A stretch of 64,000 nucleotides of DNA from Thermoanaerobaculia bacterium (GTDB taxonomy: Bacteria; Acidobacteriota; Thermoanaerobaculia; Multivoradales; UBA5704). A model generated the notes under the pieces. The model searched no databases. It was given only the letters and a program-made list of their open reading frames with translations, and was not told the origin of the DNA. The DNA lies in NCBI GenBank assembly GCA_036271335.1, contig DATBAW010000161.1:1255-65254 (forward strand). Direction: 5' to 3'. Shown piece after piece: positions 36,128-45,386 of this stretch (positions are counted from its first letter, which is position 1; each line of letters begins with the position of its first letter). The translations under genes were made by a program, and so were the position numbers.

Positions 36128-39100
36128 ACAGCTCCTTCTTCCGTGAGCGACTCTCCATCGAGCAGAGCCTGCAGGTCCTGGTCCGAGAGGTCACCGATGT
36201 CAGCCAGCACCTGGGAGACGAGGCGATCCGCCAGGTCGCGCAGGTCGGTGGCGTCGAACACCATCTGCAACGGCATTTCGATGCCGTGGCGGTCCCGCAG
36301 GCGCGCCGCCAGCTGGGTAGCGAGCAGCGAGTGCCCCCCGAGGTCGAAAAAGTTGTCGCGCATGCCCACCCGCTCGAGGCCCAGCACCTCGGCGCACGCC
36401 GTAGCGAGGTGCTCCTCGACCGGGGTCGCCGGGGCCAGGTACTCCTTCGCCCGGGCGGCGGCAGGATCGGGATCGGGGAGCGCCCGCCGGTCCAGCTTGC
36501 CGTTCGCGGTCAACGGCAGCCGGTCGAGGAGCACGAACGCCGCCGGGATCATCGGCTCCGGCAGAACGGCGGCAAGGTACCGCCGCAGTGCCGCCGCATC
36601 GAGCCCCTCCACCGGCTCGACGGTGACGTAGGCGGCCAGCCGCCGGTCGCCGCCTGCGGCCGGCCGGGCGACGACCACCGCCGTACGCACCTGGGGGTGA
36701 CGGGCGAGCGCCGCCTCGATCTCCCCCAGCTCGACGCGGAAGCCGCGGATCTTGATCTGCCCGTCGCGGCGGCCGAGGAACTCCAGCACGCCGTCCGGCC
36801 GCCAGCGGACGAGATCCCCCGTCCGGTAGAGGCGGCCGCCCGGCGCCGCGGCGAACGGATCGGGGACGAACCGCTCGGCGGAAAGGGCCGGGTGGCCGAG
36901 ATATCCCCGCGCCACCCCTTCTCCGCCCGCGAAAAGCTCCGCCCAGACCCCCACGGGCACCGGTAGCAGGTCGCCGTCGAGCACATGGACGCGCGTGCCC
37001 CGGATCGGCGTGCCGATCGGCACCGTCGTCGCCAGCCGCTCGTCGGCCAGATCCGCCGCGGTCATCGCATGGCAGGTTGTGAAGGTGGTGTTCTCGGTCG
37101 GGCCATAGCCGTTGATCAGCGTGCAGCCGGGAAGCCCCTCCAGCGCGCGGTGGACGACCGCGGGCGCCAGCACGTCGCCGCCGGCCAGCAGCTGGCGCAA
37201 CGGGCGCAGCGCCTCTAGCCGCTCCTGCACCATCTGATGGAAGAGCCCCGCGGTCAGCCAGAGCGTGGTCACCCGATGGTGGGCGATCGCCGTTGCCAAC
37301 TCGTCGAGCGCCGGGCGGCGGCCGGGGAAGACCGCCAGGCGGCCGCCGTTGAGCAACGACCCCCAGATCTCGAAGGTCGAGGCGTCGAAGGCCACGTTGC
37401 CGAGTTGCAGGACCGTCTCTCCAGCGCCCAGGGCGGCGCAACCGGCGGTCGCCAGGTGCGCGACGTTGCCGTGGGTCACCTCTACCCCCTTCGGCTCCCC
37501 GGTCGAGCCCGAGGTATAAATCACGTAGGCCAGCTGCTGGGGAGAGATCTCGGGGAGATCCGCCGGCTCGCCGTCCGGCCTGTCGGCACCATTCAGATCG
37601 ACGAGGACGGCCCCGGCGTCAGCCAGAAGGAAGCGCCGCCGCTCCGCAGGCAGCTCGGGATCGAGGGGGAGGTAGGCGCAGCCGGCCTGGAGGATGCCCA
37701 GCAGGACGGGGATGAGGGCGACCGAGCGTTCGGCCGCGACAACGATCCGCGACTCCGGCCCTGCCCCCCCGCGGAGCAGCCGGCCGGCCACCCGACGGGC
37801 ACGGCGATCGAGCTCGGCATAGGTGATTTCCTCGTCGCCGCAGACAACGGCCACGGCCTCCGGCGTGCGCGCCACCTGAGCTGCGAAGAGGGAGGGGACG
37901 GTCTTGGTGGCCTCACCGCCGGCACCGCTCCACTCGACCGTCACCTGGTGGCGCTCGGCCGTGGAGAGGAAGGGTTGGCGGACCGGCAGCTCCTCGGGAT
38001 CGGTGACGAAACCCTCCAGGTGGGTCTCCAGGTGGGCCAGCAGACGTTGGACCGTGGCCGGGTCGAAGCGGCGGTCGGCGATGAGCCGAAGGCTGAGATC
38101 GCCGCGCGCCACCACCGTCAGGGTGAGCGGATAATTGGTGCGCTCGGTGAGGGCGACGCCGTCGAGCCGCAACCCGGTCAGCCGGTCGGAGTCGGCCGGT
38201 TTGAAGGGATAGTTCTCGAACGCCAGGAGGCTGGCGAACAGCGGCTCGCCCGCCGGCAGGTCGACAAGCTTCTGGATCTCGGCCAGCGGCGTCCATTCGT
38301 GCTGGCGCAGCTCGCTCTGGGCCGCCTGGAGGCGCGGCAGCCAGGCGGCCACCGGCTCGGCCACCGACACCTCCACCCGCACCGGCACCGTGTTGATGAA
38401 CAACCCCACCATCGTCTCGACTCCCGGGAGCTCGGGGGGGCGACCGGAGACCACTGCGCCGAAGACGACGTCAGACGCCTGTGCGTAGCGCGCGAGCAGG
38501 AGCGCCCAGGCCCCCTGCACCAACGTGTTGAGGGTTACCCGCAGGCGTTGAGCCAGCGCCTCCAGATCGCGGGTGAGCGGCGCCGGCAGCACGGCCGTCC
38601 ACTCGTGATAGTCCTCAGGGCGTCCGCCAGGCGTACGGTCGAAGGGCGCCGGGCGGTCGAACGGAACCGGGGTGGGCGCCGTGAAGCCCGCCAGCAGGCG
38701 CCGCCAGTAGCTCACCGCCTCGGTCTCGTCGCGAGTCGCCAGCCAGGCGATGTAGTCGCGGTAGGGGCGCGGCGTCGGCAGCGAGGCCTCGCCGCCGCCA
38801 ACCGCCGCCGAGTACAGCGTGAGCACCTCGTTGAGCAGGAGCGGAAAACACCAGCCATCGAACAGGATGTGGTGCGTGCTCCAGACCAACCGGCGCTCCG
38901 CCTCGCCCGTACGCACGACGGCGAGCCGCAGCAGGGGCGCTCGGCTGAGGTCGAAGCCGCGCGCGCGGTCGGCGGCCAGGAGCGCGCGCCAGCGCGTCTC
39001 TACGTCCGCGGCGGGAAGGGTCTGCCAATCCTCGACGGTAAAGGGCACCTCGGCGGCGCGCCGCACGAGCTGCAACGGCCGCTCGACCCCCTGCCAGAGG

Positions 39101-42100
39101 AAGCCGGTACGCAGTGCCGAATGACGCTCGACGGCCCGCTGCCAGGCGGCGGCGAAGGCGGCCTCATCCAGCGCCCCGGAAAGCCGGGCGGTGAGCTGCT
39201 CGAAGTAGAGGTCGGCACCGGCACCGGCGAGCTGACTGTGGAAGAGCATTCCGGCCTGCATCGGAACCAGGGGATAGAGGTCCTCGACGGTGCGGTCGTC
39301 GCCCAGCAGCCGGTCGAGCGCCTCCTGATCAAGGCCGGCGAGCGGGACGTCGGAAGGGGTGAGCCCACCCGCTTCCGGCGACCGGCAGTGGTCGACCAGC
39401 GCCGCGATCTCGGCGACGAAGCCGCTCGCCAGCCGCTCGGCAGTGGCCGGGAAGTGGCGCTCCGGATCGTAGGTCCAGCTCACGCGCAGCAGGCCGTCGA
39501 GCACTAGCGCGTCGATCGCGAAGCAGGGGCCTCCTCCCGCTACCTCCCCCGCGGTGCCACGGACCGCCTCGGGGGCAAAGGAGAAGAGGTCGCCCTCCCC
39601 CGCCGCCGCGTCGAGCCGGCCTAGATAGTTGAAGGAGACCTGCGGCGAGGCGAAGCCTTCGGCTCCCTCCTGGGCGGCGAGATAGCGCAGCAGGCCGAAG
39701 CCCAGGCCGCGCCGGGGCACCGCCCGCAACCCTTCCTTGACCGCCCGGATAGCATCCCTGGGGCTATCTCCAGGCGGCAGCGTCAGGGCGACCGGGAAGA
39801 TCGTGGTGAACCAGCCGACGGTGCGCGACAGGTCGACATCCGGGAAGATCTCCTCCCGCCCATGCCCTTCGAGGTCGACCAGCAGCGTGCGCTCGCCCGT
39901 CCAGGTGGCGAAGGCACGGGCGAGCGCGGCCAGCAGCAGGTCATTGACCTGGGTGCGGTAGACCTTCGGCACCTCCTGGAGGAGCGCCCGGGTCTCCTCG
40001 AATCCCAGCTCGACGGCAAAGGTCGCACGGGCACCACCACCGCCCGGCAGGTCGCGCGGCAGCGGCGGCAGGGCGGCAGGGAGCGCCAGCCACCGCGCGA
40101 GCTCGGCCGCGATCTCCGGCGAGCGGGCGAAGCCGGTGAGGAGCTCCGCCCAGCGCTTCCAGGAAGTGGTCTTCGCCGGCAGCGCGAGCCCCCGGTAAGC
40201 GGCGGTGAGATCCTCCAGCAGCACGCGCCAGGAGACGCCGTCGACCACCAGGTGGTGAGCGGTGAGGAGCAGGCGGTCCCCCCCCTGGCCAGCGCTCCGG
40301 TGGAACAGGGCGGCGGTGAACAGGGGGCCCCGCGCAAGGTCGAGCCCGGACTGGAGCTGCTCGGCGGCCGCTTCGAGAGCGGCGCCGGACCGGTCCGGCG
40401 ACAGGAGGGTGAGGTCGATCTCGATCAGCGGTAGCGATGCCGCGGGCGCGTGGACCTGCCGCCAGCCCTCGCCGTCCCGCAGGAAGCGCAGACGCAGCGC
40501 GTCGTGGTGGGCGGCGACGTGGGCGAGGGCGGCCGCGAAGGGGGCGCCGGCGAGCCGCTCGTGAGGGACCAGCAGCACCGCCTGGTTGAACCGCCCGGGC
40601 GTCCGCCGTCCCTCGTCGAAGAAGCGACGCTGGATCGGCGTCAGCGGTGCCTCTCCCTGGACGGCCCCCTGATCCTCCTCCGGACCCGCCCCGCCGCCAG
40701 CAACGGCGGCCAGCTCGGCGACCGTCTGATGCTCGAAGAGCTGCCGGGGGGTGAACAGGAGACCCTCGCGCCGAGCCCGCGCCACGATCTGGATGCTGAG
40801 GATCGAATCGCCGCCGAGCTGGAAGAAGTTGTCGTGGATCCCCACCCGTTCGATGCCGAGCACCTCGCGCCAGATCGCAGCCAACCGCTCCTCCTTCAGG
40901 TCGCGGGGGAGGGCGGCGCCGGCGGCCGCGCGCACCGGCGGCCGGGGCGCGGGGAGCGCCCTGCGGTCCACCTTGCCGTTGGCGTTGAGCGGCAGCGCGG
41001 CAAGCGGCACGAAGAACGTGGGGACCATCGGCTCCGGCAGGCGGGAGCGGAGGAAGGCGCGGAGGGCCTCCGGCTCCGGCAGGGCATCGCCGGCCACGTA
41101 GGCCACCAGTTGGTTCTCCCGGCCGGTCACCGCGCGCGCCACCACCACCGCCTCCCGCACCGCTGGATGGGCGACGAGGGCCGCCTCGATCTCCCCCGGC
41201 TCGATGCGGAAGCCGCGCACCTTGATCTGGTGGTCGATGCGGCCGAAGAACTCCAGCAGGCCGTCCGGCCGCCAGCGGACCAGGTCCCCCGTGCGGTAGA
41301 GCCGCCCCCCCACCGCGGCAGCGAACGGATCGGGGATGAACCGCTCGGCGGTCAGAGCCGGGCGGTTCAGATAGCCGCGGGCGACACCGTCGCCGCCGGT
41401 GAGCAACTCCCCCCAGACGCCTACCGGCACCGGCCACAAGCCGGTGTCGAGCACGTGGACGGTCGTGCCCTGGATCGGCCGGCCGATCGGCACCGTGGTG
41501 TCCCATCCGTCGGCGTCCCGCATCGGGAAGCAAGTGGTGAAGGTCGCGTTCTCCGTGGGGCCGTAACCGTTGACCACCGTGCACCCCGGCAGGCCGGCCA
41601 GGGCCTGCCGCACGTGCGACGGCGACAGCACATCTCCACCGGCGAGCAGCTGGCGCAGGGGGCGCAACCCCTCCAACCCCTCGCTCACCATCTGGTGGAA
41701 GAGGCCCGAGGTCAGCCAGAGCGAGGTCACCCCGTAGCGGTCGATCGCGTTCGCCAACTCGTCGAGCCCCGGGCGATGGCCGGGGAAGAGCGCGAGGCGG
41801 CCGCCGTTGAGAAGCGGCGCCCAGGTCTCGAACACCGCGACGTCGAAGGCAAGGTTGCCGAGTTGCAAAAAGGTCTCATCCGACCCCATGGCCGCCCAGC
41901 GGGCCTCGCGCACCAGGCGCACCACGTTGCCGTGGGTCACCGCCACCCCTTTCGGCTGGCCGGTCGAGCCCGAGGTGTACATCACATAGGCGAGCTGGCT
42001 GGCGTCGACCGCGGGGAGCGGCACCTCCCCATCACCCTCGTCCTCCGGATCGAGCAGGTCGAGCGGGACGGCGCCGGCGTCGGCGAGCAGGAACTGCCGC

Positions 42101-43905
42101 CGCTCCGCCGGCAGATCCGGATCGAGGGGGAGGTAGGCGCAGCCGGCCTGCAGGATGCCGAGCAGGCCGGGGACCAGGGCGATCGAGCGCTCGGCCGCGA
42201 TGGCGATCCGCGACTCGGGCGCGACGCCCAGCCGGCGCAGCCGGCCGGCCACCCGGCGGGCCTGGCGGGCGAGCTCGGCATAGGTCAGCGACGCGTCGCC
42301 GCAGACCACGGCGACCGCATCCGGCGCGCGGATGGCCTGCGCGGCAAAGAGGCCGTGGATCGTCGGGGCGACGGGAGGGGCGAGGGCGGTGTCGTTCCAC
42401 TCAGCCGCCAGTTGGTGACGCTCCGCCGCGGAGAGGACCGGCAGCTCCGACAGGTGCTGGTCCGGATCGGAGACTGCCGCTACGGCCAGGAGCAGGAAAC
42501 GCTCGACGCGACGGATGGTGGTGGCGGCATCGAACAGGTCGGCATCGTATTCGAGCCCTCCTTGCAGTTGGTCGGGGTACTCGAACACCGTCAGCATCAG
42601 GTCGTAGCGGGCCTTACCGTCCCAGGCGTCGAGCGGCTCGGAGACGAACTCACTGCTCGCCGCGGGAGATTGGGCGGAATACTGGGAGGAATACTGGACG
42701 TCGAGCACCTGGACGAGGGTCTGGATCAGCGGCTGGCGGCTGGGATCGCGCTCGAGGCCGATCGCCTGGACGAGCTGGCCGAACGGCAGATCCTGGTGGG
42801 CGTAGGAGCCGAGCGCCGACTGGCGGACGCGCGCGATCAGCTCGCGGAGCGTGGGATCGCCGGCGAGATCGATGGGGAACGGCACCTGGGTAAGGAAGCA
42901 GCCGAGCACCGGCTCGATCTCCGGCCGGTTGCGATTGGCATTGTTGGCACCGAGGACCAGCCGCTCCTGGCCGGAATCGCGGCAGAGGAGGCCGGCAGTC
43001 AGCGTCAGCACGAGCATGAACAGGGTCGCTCGCTCCTGGCGGGCGAGGCTCCGCAGTCCGTCCGCCAGCTCGGCGGAGGTGGTGAAGGCACGACGGCCGC
43101 CGCGCATACGGAGGGTTGCCGGCCGGGGTCGGTCGGTCGGCAGGTCGAGGTCTACCGGGAAACCGGCCAGCCGCTCGCGCCACCAGGAGGTCAGCTCGTC
43201 GAGGACCTCGCCCTGGAGCCAATCGCGCTGCCAGAGGGTGAAGTCCGGATATTGCACCGGTGGCGGCGGCAGCGCCGGCCGCTCGCCGCGGGCGAGGGCG
43301 TCGTAGACGGCCGTCAGCTCCCCCCAGACGATCTGCGACGAGATCCAGTCGGTCACCAAATGGTGGACGGTGAGCAGGCAGACGTGGTCCTCGGCCGCCA
43401 GGCGCACCAGGCTGGCGCGCACCAGCGGGCCGCACTCGAGGTCGAAGGGGGCCGCCGACTCCTCCATCACCAGGCGCAGGATCTCGCTCTCGCGGCGCGC
43501 CGCCGGCAGGCCGCCGAGATCGATCCGCCGGAGCGGCAGGGGACGGGGGGCGACCACCCGTTGCACGGGCCGGCCGTCGACGGTGGGGAAGATCGTCCGC
43601 CAGGCGGCGTGCCGGCGCACGATCGTGGCGAGCGCCGCCTCGATCCGCTCGGCTGCGAGACGGCCACGCATGCGGGTAACTGCCGCGATGTTGAGGCCCG
43701 CGCCGCCCGGATAGAGCTGCTCCATGAACCAGTAGCGCTCCTGGTCGAACGACAGCGGCCAGTCTCCCTCCGCAGTGGCACCGCTCACCCGCGGCACCGG
43801 CGGCGGCTTGAGCAGGCGCCCGGCCCTCTGCTGCTTCTGGCGGAGCGCCTCGAACAGGGCCCGCTGCTCGGGAGCGAGGGCGGCGAGACGGTCGATGACG
43901 CTCAT
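36124..43905 (-). CDS. NRPS-D: C-A-T-E | C(DCL-type)-A-T (2593 aa)
   Basis: Head C motif VHHLVTDW 43345-43368; A3 YTSGSTGQPKG ~41947-41985. The carrier has an E-partner-type GGDSILSIQ signature (Ser 40804-40806). E domain PLTPIQRRFF ... AHHLVVDGVSWRVL (~40225-40265). Next C begins DLYPLVPMQAGMLFH and has THHILFDGWC (~38845-38880), as expected downstream of an E domain. A3 ~37485-37525; carrier Ser 36328-36330. Confidence 0.95.
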   Translation of the reverse strand: MSVIDRLAALAPEQRALFEALRQKQQRAGRLLKPPPVPRVSGATAEGDWPLSFDQERYWFMEQLYPGGAGLNIAAVTRMRGRLAAERIEAALATIVRRHAAWRTIFPTVDGRPVQRVVAPRPLPLRRIDLGGLPAARRESEILRLVMEESAAPFDLECGPLVRASLVRLAAEDHVCLLTVHHLVTDWISSQIVWGELTAVYDALARGERPALPPPPVQYPDFTLWQRDWLQGEVLDELTSWWRERLAGFPVDLDLPTDRPRPATLRMRGGRRAFTTSAELADGLRSLARQERATLFMLVLTLTAGLLCRDSGQERLVLGANNANRNRPEIEPVLGCFLTQVPFPIDLAGDPTLRELIARVRQSALGSYAHQDLPFGQLVQAIGLERDPSRQPLIQTLVQVLDVQYSSQYSAQSPAASSEFVSEPLDAWDGKARYDLMLTVFEYPDQLQGGLEYDADLFDAATTIRRVERFLLLAVAAVSDPDQHLSELPVLSAAERHQLAAEWNDTALAPPVAPTIHGLFAAQAIRAPDAVAVVCGDASLTYAELARQARRVAGRLRRLGVAPESRIAIAAERSIALVPGLLGILQAGCAYLPLDPDLPAERRQFLLADAGAVPLDLLDPEDEGDGEVPLPAVDASQLAYVMYTSGSTGQPKGVAVTHGNVVRLVREARWAAMGSDETFLQLGNLAFDVAVFETWAPLLNGGRLALFPGHRPGLDELANAIDRYGVTSLWLTSGLFHQMVSEGLEGLRPLRQLLAGGDVLSPSHVRQALAGLPGCTVVNGYGPTENATFTTCFPMRDADGWDTTVPIGRPIQGTTVHVLDTGLWPVPVGVWGELLTGGDGVARGYLNRPALTAERFIPDPFAAAVGGRLYRTGDLVRWRPDGLLEFFGRIDHQIKVRGFRIEPGEIEAALVAHPAVREAVVVARAVTGRENQLVAYVAGDALPEPEALRAFLRSRLPEPMVPTFFVPLAALPLNANGKVDRRALPAPRPPVRAAAGAALPRDLKEERLAAIWREVLGIERVGIHDNFFQLGGDSILSIQIVARARREGLLFTPRQLFEHQTVAELAAVAGGGAGPEEDQGAVQGEAPLTPIQRRFFDEGRRTPGRFNQAVLLVPHERLAGAPFAAALAHVAAHHDALRLRFLRDGEGWRQVHAPAASLPLIEIDLTLLSPDRSGAALEAAAEQLQSGLDLARGPLFTAALFHRSAGQGGDRLLLTAHHLVVDGVSWRVLLEDLTAAYRGLALPAKTTSWKRWAELLTGFARSPEIAAELARWLALPAALPPLPRDLPGGGGARATFAVELGFEETRALLQEVPKVYRTQVNDLLLAALARAFATWTGERTLLVDLEGHGREEIFPDVDLSRTVGWFTTIFPVALTLPPGDSPRDAIRAVKEGLRAVPRRGLGFGLLRYLAAQEGAEGFASPQVSFNYLGRLDAAAGEGDLFSFAPEAVRGTAGEVAGGGPCFAIDALVLDGLLRVSWTYDPERHFPATAERLASGFVAEIAALVDHCRSPEAGGLTPSDVPLAGLDQEALDRLLGDDRTVEDLYPLVPMQAGMLFHSQLAGAGADLYFEQLTARLSGALDEAAFAAAWQRAVERHSALRTGFLWQGVERPLQLVRRAAEVPFTVEDWQTLPAADVETRWRALLAADRARGFDLSRAPLLRLAVVRTGEAERRLVWSTHHILFDGWCFPLLLNEVLTLYSAAVGGGEASLPTPRPYRDYIAWLATRDETEAVSYWRRLLAGFTAPTPVPFDRPAPFDRTPGGRPEDYHEWTAVLPAPLTRDLEALAQRLRVTLNTLVQGAWALLLARYAQASDVVFGAVVSGRPPELPGVETMVGLFINTVPVRVEVSVAEPVAAWLPRLQAAQSELRQHEWTPLAEIQKLVDLPAGEPLFASLLAFENYPFKPADSDRLTGLRLDGVALTERTNYPLTLTVVARGDLSLRLIADRRFDPATVQRLLAHLETHLEGFVTDPEELPVRQPFLSTAERHQVTVEWSGAGGEATKTVPSLFAAQVARTPEAVAVVCGDEEITYAELDRRARRVAGRLLRGGAGPESRIVVAAERSVALIPVLLGILQAGCAYLPLDPELPAERRRFLLADAGAVLVDLNGADRPDGEPADLPEISPQQLAYVIYTSGSTGEPKGVEVTHGNVAHLATAGCAALGAGETVLQLGNVAFDASTFEIWGSLLNGGRLAVFPGRRPALDELATAIAHHRVTTLWLTAGLFHQMVQERLEALRPLRQLLAGGDVLAPAVVHRALEGLPGCTLINGYGPTENTTFTTCHAMTAADLADERLATTVPIGTPIRGTRVHVLDGDLLPVPVGVWAELFAGGEGVARGYLGHPALSAERFVPDPFAAAPGGRLYRTGDLVRWRPDGVLEFLGRRDGQIKIRGFRVELGEIEAALARHPQVRTAVVVARPAAGGDRRLAAYVTVEPVEGLDAAALRRYLAAVLPEPMIPAAFVLLDRLPLTANGKLDRRALPDPDPAAARAKEYLAPATPVEEHLATACAEVLGLERVGMRDNFFDLGGHSLLATQLAARLRDRHGIEMPLQMVFDATDLRDLADRLVSQVLADIGDLSDQDLQALLDGESLTEEGAV
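39330..40655 (-). other. Epimerization (E) domain, the only one in the window
   Basis: PLTPIQRRFFDE..., HHLVVDGVSWRVLLEDL, ...FNYLG. It is preceded by a GGDSI-type carrier and followed by a C domain with the MQxGMLFH/HHILFDGW signature. Boundaries approximate. Confidence 0.8.
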
Positions 43906-45386
43906 GCGGCCTCCGGGAACGACGCGAGCGAAGGGAGCTGCGACAGCCGCACCTCGGGGCTGGCGACGACGCAGTCGACGATCCGGCGGAACAGGCCGAG
44001 CCAGCGCTCGACGGTCGCGCGGTCGAGAATGTCGGCGTTGAACTCCACGGGTCCGGTGAAACCCAGGTCGTCGTAGTCATAGAGGCCGAACATCAGGTCC
44101 CACCGCGAGTTGCCGTCGAAGAGCGGCACCGCCTCCGAGTCGACGTCCTCGCCGCCGCCGTGGCTCTGGCCAGCGAGGACGAGGAGCAGCACCTGCACCA
44201 CCGGATTGCGGGCCGGATCGGGCTCCGGCTCCAGGACGTCGACCAGCTTGTCGAACGGCATGTTCTGGTGGGTATAGGCAGCGAGAGAGGACCTCTTCAC
44301 TCGGGCCAGCAATTCGCGGAACGTCGGATCGCCGCCAAGATCGACGGCGAACGGTACCTGGGTCAGAAACTGCCCCAGCATCGGCTCCAATTCCGGCCGC
44401 GGACGATTGGCGCTGTTCGAGCCGACGACCAGCTTTTCGCGGCCGGTGAGGCGGAAGAGCAGCGCGTCGACGACGGCGAGCAGGGCCATGAAGGTCGTCA
44501 CCCCCTCGCGCCGGGCGAGGGCCCGCAGACGGTGCGCGGGCTCGGGGCCGGAGCTGAAGGGGATCATGCCGCCGCGCTGGCTCTGCGCGGGCGGGCGGAT
44601 GCGATCACCGGGAAGATCGAGCACGAGCGGAAACCCGGCAAGCTCGCGGCGCCAGAACTCCGTGTAGTCGTCGAGCGCCTCGCCGCTCCACCACTCGCGC
44701 TCCCAGACCGCGTAATCGGGGAACTGCAGCGCCGGCTCGGGGTAGGGGCTCGGAGCGCCGACGCGGGCCGCCTCGTAGAGTCCCATCAGCTCCTGGAAGG
44801 CGATCTGGAACGTGATCCAGTCGGTCGCGATGTGATGCACGGTGAGCAGGCAGAGGTGCTCCAACTCGTCGGTGCGGACGAGAGCGGCGCGCACCAGCGG
44901 CCCGTGCTCGAGGTCGAAGACCGCGCGGGTGCGGTCGAAAAGATCGCGGCGCCCTTCGGTCTCGCGACGCTCCACCGGCAGGGCCGTGAGGTCGATCACG
45001 GCGAAATCGACATCCGCCACGTCGCCGGCCACCCGCTGAACCGGCCGGCCATCGACCACCGGGAAGGTCGCTCGCCAGGCGGCATGGCGGCGGATGATCT
45101 CGCGCAAGGCCGCGATCAGCGCCGGCACCCGGATCTCACCGTGCATGCGGCTGGCGGCGTCGACGTTCCAGGAGACCAGCCCCGGGTTCTCGCGGTGCAT
45201 GCGCCAGAGCCTCTCCTGGTCGATCGCCAGCGGCCAGTCGCCGGCCGCGGTGGGACCGGTGACCCGGGGGACCGCCGGCGGCAGGAGGAGCTTGGCGGCC
45301 GCGCTCTCTTGCTGCCGGCGACGCAGCGCCTCGAACAGGGCGCGCTGCTCCGGAGTGAGCGCCGAGAGGCGCTCGGTGACGCTCAA
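43902..45386 (-). CDS. Free-standing condensation (C) domain protein, 494 aa, no A or T domain
   Basis: Start assigned to TTG at 45384-45386 (TTGA overlap with the PKS stop; GGGAG 7 nt upstream). With this start the N-terminus (L/M)[24 protein letters not shown] aligns with the N-termini of NRPS-D ([25 protein letters not shown]) and NRPS-E ([25 protein letters not shown]). The tracked 700-aa ORF (to 46004) is a run-on overlapping the PKS. Active-site motif VHHIATDW at 44817-44840. The stop overlaps the NRPS-D ATG (ATGA 43902-43905). Confidence 0.85.
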   Translation of the reverse strand: MSVTERLSALTPEQRALFEALRRRQQESAAAKLLLPPAVPRVTGPTAAGDWPLAIDQERLWRMHRENPGLVSWNVDAASRMHGEIRVPALIAALREIIRRHAAWRATFPVVDGRPVQRVAGDVADVDFAVIDLTALPVERRETEGRRDLFDRTRAVFDLEHGPLVRAALVRTDELEHLCLLTVHHIATDWITFQIAFQELMGLYEAARVGAPSPYPEPALQFPDYAVWEREWWSGEALDDYTEFWRRELAGFPLVLDLPGDRIRPPAQSQRGGMIPFSSGPEPAHRLRALARREGVTTFMALLAVVDALLFRLTGREKLVVGSNSANRPRPELEPMLGQFLTQVPFAVDLGGDPTFRELLARVKRSSLAAYTHQNMPFDKLVDVLEPEPDPARNPVVQVLLLVLAGQSHGGGEDVDSEAVPLFDGNSRWDLMFGLYDYDDLGFTGPVEFNADILDRATVERWLGLFRRIVDCVVASPEVRLSQLPSLASFPEAA

